Shown here piece after piece: positions 8,494-14,398 of a stretch of 50,245 bases of DNA. A model generated the notes under the pieces. The model worked only from the letters and a program-made list of their open reading frames with translations, was not told the origin of the DNA and did no database searches. The position numbers and the translations under genes were made by a program. The stretch is taken from NCBI GenBank assembly GCA_937952095.1, contig CALFYG010000327.1, forward strand, positions 1 to 50,245. The letters run 5' to 3'. This DNA is from an uncultured Micrococcales bacterium. GTDB lineage: Bacteria; Actinomycetota; Actinomycetes; S36-B12; UBA10799. Within the stretch, counting starts at the first letter, position 1; the number at the start of each line of letters is the position of its first letter.

Positions 8494-8744
8494 CAACAAG
8501 ATCGCAACGTAACTGCCGAAAGAAAAAAACATACAAATCACGATCAGAGGCAAAGGAAAAATCTATGTTTTACAAAAAACACAACGGAACGAAATTGAGG
8601 CCGTATAATTGCATCGAATGTAATAATTACCATTTGACAAGCAACGGAAATATCAGGGCCTTCATCATGGATGCAGTAACAGGGATAGCCATGATCGGCA
8701 TGTGCGCGGTCTGGTGCTTTGTTATATATGCGTTTGGGGGTTAG
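8490..8744 (+). CDS. Small basic zinc-ribbon-like protein with C-terminal transmembrane helix
   Basis: KTYKSRSEAKEK...LRPYNCIECNNYHLTS (Y-x-C-x2-C-x2-Y/W-H-L-T type motif seen in small phage proteins), followed by the hydrophobic AVTGIAMIGMCAVWCFVIYAF. Confidence 0.5.
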   Translation: MTTRSQRNCRKKKTYKSRSEAKEKSMFYKKHNGTKLRPYNCIECNNYHLTSNGNIRAFIMDAVTGIAMIGMCAVWCFVIYAFGG

Positions 8745-8747
8745 GGG

Positions 8748-8918
8748 ATGAACAACGAATTGAATGAAATTGCTGGTGGATCGAAGTTTACTGAATCTCA
8801 GATGATCGCCCTGCGATACATCAGGGACACGCTGGAGCATGTAAAACTACTGGCCGTACGGGAAGGGCTGATTATCGCTGATGATATTCAAGATGCAATC
8901 GACGCGGTGATGTCATGA
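8748..8918 (+). CDS. Hypothetical small protein, 56 aa (below ORF-track cutoff)
   Basis: ATG 8748 after GGGG. Translation MNNELNEIAGGSKFTESQMIALRYIRDTLEHVKLLAVREGLIIADDIQDAIDAVMS. Its stop overlaps the next ATG (ATGA-type). Confidence 0.4.
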   Translation: MNNELNEIAGGSKFTESQMIALRYIRDTLEHVKLLAVREGLIIADDIQDAIDAVMS

Positions 8919-9163
8919 GTATTATTGACGAACTTAACAGACTAAAACCGGGTGAAAGACTTGTGTATCTCGTTAATGACACGGGATGGTCGGGGAGGTT
9001 TGAACATAGGGAATTGTTCAACTGGTGTCAGGACGCACAAAAGAAAGGCACTTATGATTTTGTGCAGAGAAAGATAGCTGTGCCGCGTCATGCGCCGGGA
9101 TTGTTTGAGTACATTGCTATCAAAAAGGCGGTTCCGAAGCCGTCGATATGGAGGAAAACATGA
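8915..9163 (+). CDS. Hypothetical protein
   Basis: Coupled ORF in the same chain. No family recognised. Confidence 0.5.
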   Translation: MSIIDELNRLKPGERLVYLVNDTGWSGRFEHRELFNWCQDAQKKGTYDFVQRKIAVPRHAPGLFEYIAIKKAVPKPSIWRKT

Positions 9164-9309
9164 AATATATGATAACCGTTGACGGTCATAAAATAGAACA
9201 AATTGAAACGGCGAATGTGATCCATCACATCGAGGCTGAGAAGGTCTGTTACGAATGGGCGAAAGAGAGATTTATATCAGAAAAGGGTGTCAGGATGGTG
9301 AGATTATGA
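9160..9309 (+). CDS. Hypothetical small protein, 49 aa (below ORF-track cutoff)
   Basis: ATGA overlap at both ends. Translation MKYMITVDGHKIEQIETANVIHHIEAEKVCYEWAKERFISEKGVRMVRL. Confidence 0.4.
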   Translation: MKYMITVDGHKIEQIETANVIHHIEAEKVCYEWAKERFISEKGVRMVRL

Positions 9310-9461
9310 AAGTTTTTGATTTAACCGGGCCTGATGATCTTGATCCTAAAACCATCGTCGCCGATCTTATTGAATTATGCACGATGGCAGCAGAAACGAA
9401 TGTGATCCGGATCATTGATTTTGATAGAAATCCCAGCCATGGGGCTAGATTCACGTCGTAG
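9306..9461 (+). CDS. Hypothetical small protein
   Basis: Internal ATG of ORF 9255..9461 that forms an ATGA overlap with the preceding small ORF. Product MKVFDLTGPDDLDPKTIVADL... Confidence 0.4.
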   Translation: MKVFDLTGPDDLDPKTIVADLIELCTMAAETNVIRIIDFDRNPSHGARFTS

Positions 9462-9478
9462 CAAAATGGCAGGATGGT

Positions 9479-9546
9479 GGCGGGGGATTCCTCACAGTGC
9501 ATGTGCTAATCGCTGTGTCAGAATCACAACACCCCGCCCCCTTTCT
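9479..9546 (+). other. GC-rich nested stem-loop followed by TTTCT (terminator-like or small structured RNA)
   Basis: GGCGGGG (9479-9485) pairs with CCCCGCC (9533-9539). An inner CACAG/CTGTG stem is enclosed. A T-rich run follows. It lies in the only sizeable non-coding gap (9462-9606) of block A. Confidence 0.25.
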
Positions 9547-9606
9547 AAAGCAGATTGCGGTCTGTTTTGGTGAGGAATTTAACCACTAGAAACTAAGGAG
9601 AATGAA

Positions 9607-9987
9607 TTGAATATCAACGATCTCACTATCGGCCAAGCGAAAGAACTCTCTTCCATGCTGCAAGGCCAAGCGGCTAACACTGGATTGAATAATTACGCTA
9701 TCGGTAAGAGAGTCATCATCCGTACCTATACCGCTGGTGTCTGGTTTGGAGTTCTGGATCAGAAATCAGGAAATGAGGTTATCCTTAAAAACGGTCGTAG
9801 ATTGTGGCGTTGGCACGCAGCGGAAAGTATTTCCCTGAGTGCGGTTGCAGTTTATGGAATCAATGCGGATAAGAGTTCGCTTGCCCCGGCTGTTGAAGTG
9901 ATATGGCTTGAGGCGATTGAAATCATCCCTGTTACCGATAAAGCGGCGAAAACGATTGAGGGCGCAAAAGATGCCAAGGCTCAATGA
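9607..9987 (+). CDS. Hypothetical protein (beta-rich, SH3-like feel)
   Basis: TTG start 7 nt after AAGGAG. The only nearby ATG (9602) hits a stop immediately. GKRVIIRTYTAGVWFGVLDQKSGNEVILKNGRRLWRWH is not assignable to a named family from memory. Confidence 0.55.
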   Translation: MNINDLTIGQAKELSSMLQGQAANTGLNNYAIGKRVIIRTYTAGVWFGVLDQKSGNEVILKNGRRLWRWHAAESISLSAVAVYGINADKSSLAPAVEVIWLEAIEIIPVTDKAAKTIEGAKDAKAQ

Positions 9988-10069
9988 TTTCATTGCCGCC
10001 GGCTCCGGCTCCGGCTACGGCTCCGGCTCCGGCGACGGCTCCGGCTACGGCTACGGAGAGGGATGGTGA
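9971..10069 (+). CDS. Possible 32-aa Gly/Ser/Tyr-repeat peptide spanning the compositional junction
   Basis: ATG 9971 lies inside the end of the previous gene. Translation MPRLNDFIAAGSGSGYGSGSGDGSGYGYGEGW. Stop TGA 10067-10069 overlaps ATG 10063 of the next ORF. It could be an artefact of the junction. Confidence 0.3.
   Translation: MPRLNDFIAAGSGSGYGSGSGDGSGYGYGEGW
10001..10054. repeat. 54-bp microsatellite, three 18-bp units of GGCTCC/GGCTAC/GGCGAC hexamers
   Basis: The sequence reads GGCTCCGGCTCCGGCTAC GGCTCCGGCTCCGGCGAC GGCTCCGGCTACGGCTAC. It sits exactly where base composition switches. Confidence 0.9.
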
Positions 10070-10191
10070 CCGTCTTGGAGAACGCCCACTCCATTGTCGG
10101 TGTCGGCCCCGACGACGCCGCAGCGATCGCCCGAACCCGGAACCTGGTCGCCGCCAGGCTGGCCGAGGTCACGTGGGACTCGGAGCGATGA
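10063..10191 (+). CDS. Hypothetical small protein, 42 aa
   Basis: Translation MVTVLENAHSIVGVGPDDAAAIARTRNLVAARLAEVTWDSER. GC3-rich. ATGA overlap with the next gene. May be the truncated end of a longer gene if the junction is artificial. Confidence 0.3.
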   Translation: MVTVLENAHSIVGVGPDDAAAIARTRNLVAARLAEVTWDSER

Positions 10192-10475
10192 ACGTGAGGG
10201 AAGTGTCGGAATCCGCCGGGCTGACCGTCGAAGAGTTGGACGCTGCTCTCGACGTGGTCGGATGGATGCTGGAGCATCCGTCGTACCGGTACGACGAGGA
10301 CACGGCCGCGCTCCGCCACACCCGGACTCTGCTGCAGGTCGAGATGCAGTCACGCTCGCAGCCCGACGCCTACCGCCGCCTGGCCCACGACCTGCTCAGC
10401 TTGCGGGACGCCGACCCCGCCGCATACAGGGCGCTCATGGCCCGTCTGGACGCCGACCAGGGAGGCAACCGATGA
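10188..10475 (+). CDS. Hypothetical protein
   Basis: Internal ATG of ORF 9984..10475. The upstream PAPAPAT extension is the microsatellite read in another frame. The product from MNVREVSESAGLTVEELDAALD onward looks like normal protein. Confidence 0.5.
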   Translation: MNVREVSESAGLTVEELDAALDVVGWMLEHPSYRYDEDTAALRHTRTLLQVEMQSRSQPDAYRRLAHDLLSLRDADPAAYRALMARLDADQGGNR

Positions 10476-10891
10476 CCGACACGACCGACGACGACGAGAG
10501 GGCGGCCATCAGGGGCGAACTGCTCGCCACCCTGCGGGTGACCGCCCCGAAGATGGCCGCCAGGCTGGACGATCACTGGCGGGAGGAAGGAACGACCGTC
10601 CAGATGCCGGTCGACCCCGTCCCCCGCACATGCAGCGTGTGCGGAGAGAAGATCAAGGCCCGGGCCGAAACGTCGGGCAGGTTCCGCACCGTCAACTGGG
10701 TCGACAGCGGGGGTTCGATCGCCGGACCGGACCCGATCACCGGCCCCGACCCGTACGGGCGTCTCGCCGAACTGGCCGACACCGACCCGGCTGCCTACAT
10801 GTACCTGCTGACACGGGTCGAACAGGGGTTCACGCTCCACGTCCACCGGCCAGCACCGACCGAACGCACCTACCCGTCCGACCGGTCCTGA
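10472..10891 (+). CDS. Hypothetical protein with CxxC motif
   Basis: ATGA-coupled internal start of ORF 10094..10891. The N-terminal IRGELLATLRVTAPKMAARLDDHWREEG is paralogous to the 11720 ORF. Contains CSVCGEK. Confidence 0.55.
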   Translation: MTDTTDDDERAAIRGELLATLRVTAPKMAARLDDHWREEGTTVQMPVDPVPRTCSVCGEKIKARAETSGRFRTVNWVDSGGSIAGPDPITGPDPYGRLAELADTDPAAYMYLLTRVEQGFTLHVHRPAPTERTYPSDRS

Positions 10892-11382
10892 CGCCGCCCC
10901 AACTCACGCAACACCTGAGACACCCGCGACACCGTCACCCCCAACTCGGCAGCCACCTCGGTCGCCGTCCACCCCGCCAACAACCGCCACAGAATCGACC
11001 GCTCCCGCTCCGACGGCCGAAACGACTCGACCAGCACCGACAGCGACTCTGAGTCCCACACCCCGAACACGTCGACAGGGAAGCCGTCCAACGACACTTC
11101 CGAGGACCGCTGAGCGTGACGCACCGTCCCCGGACGCCCCACCGTGCGCCGCAGATCATCCACCACCCGCCGCCGGGCATGCACCACCCGAGCCCCCGTC
11201 GACAAACCCGACCCCTCCGACAGCCACAACGACACGGCCGCCACCTGCACACAATCCTCGTACAACGGCGAGAACCGCCACGGCGCCGCCGCCTGCCGCG
11301 CCAGCCCGTATAGGTCGTCCCCCACACCTTGAAGGCTACGAGGCGGCCGGGTCCGACGCCCCTCCGGGTGGCTGCACCGCAC
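10870..11382 (-). CDS. ECF-like sigma-70 family RNA polymerase sigma factor
   Basis: Region 4 HTH: SERERSILWRLLAGWTATEVAAELGVTVSRVSQVLRE. Region 2-like: LYEDCVQVAAVSLWLS. Start uncertain (GTG 11382 or GTG 11325). Confidence 0.65.
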   Translation of the reverse strand: MRCSHPEGRRTRPPRSLQGVGDDLYGLARQAAAPWRFSPLYEDCVQVAAVSLWLSEGSGLSTGARVVHARRRVVDDLRRTVGRPGTVRHAQRSSEVSLDGFPVDVFGVWDSESLSVLVESFRPSERERSILWRLLAGWTATEVAAELGVTVSRVSQVLRELGRRQDRSDG

Positions 11383-11719
11383 GCCGAATGGATCGGGCGC
11401 CGACTCCTGCCGATCGACAAGGCGATGTCATCGGTGGGTGTTGCGGCGGCCGACCCCGCGGAGGATCTGGCACACCCGTGACGGGGTGACGTTCGTGCGC
11501 CGCCCCCGATCTCGGCCAACGCCGCACCGGCAGCACAAGCCAGCAGGTCCTTCGTGGTCGGGGGTGCCCTGTCACGGCCACGAAGCCCGCCGTGAATCCG
11601 TACAAGTCACCCCCCCCGGTAGCCTAAGAAACCGGGCAGACCAACCCCGAAACACCGAATACGGCAAACCGACAGGGGCCAGCCCAGCACAAACACCGAT
11701 AGGTGGAGGGGGTGCCATC

Positions 11720-11851
11720 GTGGTTACAGCAGAACAGCGGGGCGAGATCCTGGCGATGCTGCGGCGGAAAGCGCCGGTGACGGCGGCCCGGCTGGAGCGC
11801 CAGTGGCGGGAGATGGGGCTCGACATCGTGGAGAAGCGGCCCGACAGCTAG
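11720..11851 (+). CDS. Hypothetical small protein, 43 aa
   Basis: GTG start 9 nt after GGTGGAGGGGG. Translation VVTAEQRGEILAMLRRKAPVTAARLERQWREMGLDIVEKRPDS shares a motif with the 10472 gene. Lies directly upstream of the portal gene. Confidence 0.45.
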   Translation: MVTAEQRGEILAMLRRKAPVTAARLERQWREMGLDIVEKRPDS

Positions 11852-11920
11852 GCATTCCCGGGTGCGATGCTGTCGGGGTCGACTCGGGGTCGACGCTGGA
11901 CAGTGATCCGAGGAGGCCCG

Positions 11921-14398
11921 GTGCCACTCAACCGACGACGCTCTGGTGAGCCACGCACCGCCGCAGTGGTGGCGGCCTCGGATTTGCGGGGGCGGCTGCG
12001 GTCGTCGGCGAAGGCCCGGACGTGGCAGCAGAAGGTCATCAGGTATGACCGGGAGGGTCCGTCGGTCGCCGGGTACTACCTGGACACGGTGCAACTGCTG
12101 GCGACGTTGTGCCCGCTGATCGGTGAGCGGCGCGAGGCGGACGGGACGTGGTCCCGGGTGAACGACCCGGTGGTGACCCGGGCGATCGCATCCTTCTCCA
12201 GCCCGATGTATTCGACGGCGGAACTGTTCGCCTTGCCGGTGCGGCACTTGGATGCGATCGGCGAGTCGTGGGTCATGTTCTCGGCCGACATCGGTTGGTG
12301 CGTGGCGACCGTCCCGAACGTGAAGATCATTCACGGCGGGAATGCTGTCGAGTTCACCGACCCGTACGGCCTGACTCGGCGGGTGCCGAAGGAGCGGGCG
12401 TTCCGGTTGTGGACCCAGGACCCGTACGAGCCGTGGCTGCCGACGTCGGCGATGCAGCGTGCCCTGCCGGACTTGCGGCGCTTGGACGCCGCCTGCCGTA
12501 ACCAGACCAGGTCGGCGGAGTCGCGGCTCATCATGAACGGTCTGGTGGCGTTCCCGCCGGATGAGGGTCCGACCCGTGCCTTGGGCCAACCGGCGGACGG
12601 GCGGGTGTTGACGGGTGTCGAAAAGACGGTCGATGACTTCATCACGATCGGGCAGGAGGCGTTCAATGACGACGACAGTCCGGCAGCGTCGATGCCGTTC
12701 CCGTACATCGGCGGGAAGGCCGAGTACGTCCAGGTTGGGCGCCCGGTGGACGAGCAGGTGCTGGAGGTCGAGAAGGCGGCGCTGGAAGCGTTCGCCCGGG
12801 GTGTCAACTTTCCGGCACAGCTCCTGACGGTCGGCCCGGGTTCGGCGAACCATTGGAACGAGTGGATCCTGCAGGAAGTGCAGCACAAGATGGGCTTGGC
12901 CCCGAAGCTGCGGCCCGTGTGCGATGCCCTGACGACGATCTTCCTGCGGCCGCTGCTGGAACGGATCAAGACCCGGGTGACGTCCTGGGACCTTGACCCG
13001 TCGGAGATCCGGCTCGGGTTCGACCTGGACTTCCTCACGTCGAAGCCGGACCAGTCGGCGCAGGCGTTGCAGGCGTGGGCGCAGGGCATCGTCGGCCGGG
13101 AGGGTGCAGCCCAGATGCTGAAGGTCCCCGAGTCGTGGCTGTTGCCGATCCCCGACGGGATGACCGAGTACGAGCATTGGGAGTTGGCGACCGGAAGCAA
13201 GGGCGCCCCGTACGCCGAGGTGGACGGTGACGGCAAGCTGATCGTCCCGCCGCCGGATCCGGGTATGGGCGGGGATCCGGGTATGGGCATGGACCCGTAC
13301 GGCGGGGATCCAGGCATGGGCGAGGATCCGTCGGCACTGGACGAGGCCCCGCCCGACGGTTCCGACGACCTGTTCTCTGCCCCGTACGACCCGCCCCGGG
13401 CTCGGATGTCGGCCGCATCGGACCCGAACAGGTTGAACGTGCTGTTGGCCGAGCTGGTCATCGTGGACGACCGCCTCACGCAGAACCTGTCGGGCGTCAG
13501 CCGAGTCCTGTCCGAAGCGATCACCGTCGAGGCCGTCAAAGAGGGTCTACGGGCGATGGACCGTGACGACCCGTTGCGGGCCGAGTTGCGGGAGATGCCG
13601 TCCCAGAAGGCGTGGCGGGAACTGCCCGACGAGGCCAAGGCGCAGGTCGACACCGTCGGGGTGGCGGAACGGACAGCGGCCAAGTACGAGGGGATCGTCT
13701 CCGGGTTCCTGTCCGAAGCGGCCGCCGACGCCGAGAAGGCGTGGACGATCTTCGGGGTGCCCGCCCCCGAGTTCCTGGTGGCCGCCGGGGCGACAGCGTT
13801 CCTGGTGGCGACGGTGGACGCCGCCGCCGGATTCCTCGGCGGGGTCACGATCGGACCCCTGAAGGCCACGTTGGATGCAGCGCAGGCTGGTCTGTTGACG
13901 GCGGCTGTCGTCGGTCTGTTGCCGGTGCGGGCTGCGATGGTGGCCGCCGCCGGGGCGAGGGTCGACTTGGACGGCCGGGTGGTGCAGTCGCCGGGCGGAA
14001 CCCCGTACGGGCCGGGTGGCGGGCCGTGGGAGGGTGCGTTGGGTATGGCGCTGGGCGACCCGTCGATCGCACAGATTCGGACGGTCGCTGAAGAGGAAGC
14101 GGCCGGGACCCCGGGCGAGGGACTGTCGGATTCCGACACCCCTTCTGGCGGGGGACCCGGATCCGGGGGTGCCGGGCCGGGAGCCACTCCTGGTCAACCG
14201 CCCGGGGGTGCCCGGACGGCCCACGTCCAGTTCAGGTGGGCGCACGGGTTCTTCGGCAACCCCGAGACGCCGTTCCCGCCGCATGAGGCTCTCGACGGAC
14301 GCCGGTTCGACTCACTCGCCGACGTGCCCTACGGCCTGTACCCGGGTGACCATGCCGGATGCCGGTGCGGGTTCATCCCCGAGATCAAGGTCGTGTGA
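11921..14398 (+). CDS. Portal protein fused to a C-terminal MuF-like (SPP1 gp7 / Mu F) minor head protein domain
   Basis: GTG 11921 follows GAGGAGG (the ORF track ATG 11867 is the alternative). The N-terminal ~430 aa look portal-like (..SAESRLIMNGLVAFP.., ..GSANHWNEWILQE..). The C-terminus, FPPHEALDGRRFDSLADVPYGLYPGDHAGCRCGFIP, matches the MuF signature. A DPGMG repeat linker lies between them. Confidence 0.75.
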   Translation: MPLNRRRSGEPRTAAVVAASDLRGRLRSSAKARTWQQKVIRYDREGPSVAGYYLDTVQLLATLCPLIGERREADGTWSRVNDPVVTRAIASFSSPMYSTAELFALPVRHLDAIGESWVMFSADIGWCVATVPNVKIIHGGNAVEFTDPYGLTRRVPKERAFRLWTQDPYEPWLPTSAMQRALPDLRRLDAACRNQTRSAESRLIMNGLVAFPPDEGPTRALGQPADGRVLTGVEKTVDDFITIGQEAFNDDDSPAASMPFPYIGGKAEYVQVGRPVDEQVLEVEKAALEAFARGVNFPAQLLTVGPGSANHWNEWILQEVQHKMGLAPKLRPVCDALTTIFLRPLLERIKTRVTSWDLDPSEIRLGFDLDFLTSKPDQSAQALQAWAQGIVGREGAAQMLKVPESWLLPIPDGMTEYEHWELATGSKGAPYAEVDGDGKLIVPPPDPGMGGDPGMGMDPYGGDPGMGEDPSALDEAPPDGSDDLFSAPYDPPRARMSAASDPNRLNVLLAELVIVDDRLTQNLSGVSRVLSEAITVEAVKEGLRAMDRDDPLRAELREMPSQKAWRELPDEAKAQVDTVGVAERTAAKYEGIVSGFLSEAAADAEKAWTIFGVPAPEFLVAAGATAFLVATVDAAAGFLGGVTIGPLKATLDAAQAGLLTAAVVGLLPVRAAMVAAAGARVDLDGRVVQSPGGTPYGPGGGPWEGALGMALGDPSIAQIRTVAEEEAAGTPGEGLSDSDTPSGGGPGSGGAGPGATPGQPPGGARTAHVQFRWAHGFFGNPETPFPPHEALDGRRFDSLADVPYGLYPGDHAGCRCGFIPEIKVV
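13256..13330 (+). repeat. In-frame degenerate 18-bp tandem repeat (DPGMGG x4) in the portal-MuF linker
   Basis: The sequence reads GATCCGGGTATGGGCGGG / GATCCGGGTATGGGCATG / GACCCGTACGGCGGG / GATCCAGGCATGGGCGAG. Confidence 0.85.

Noticed and set aside
9984-10187. N-terminal extension of ORF 9984..10475 (MISLPPAPAPATAPAPATAPATATERDG..).
   Set aside because: It is the GGCTCC microsatellite read in another frame, followed by Arg-rich out-of-frame sequence. The natural-looking protein begins at ATG 10188, which is ATGA-coupled to the preceding ORF.
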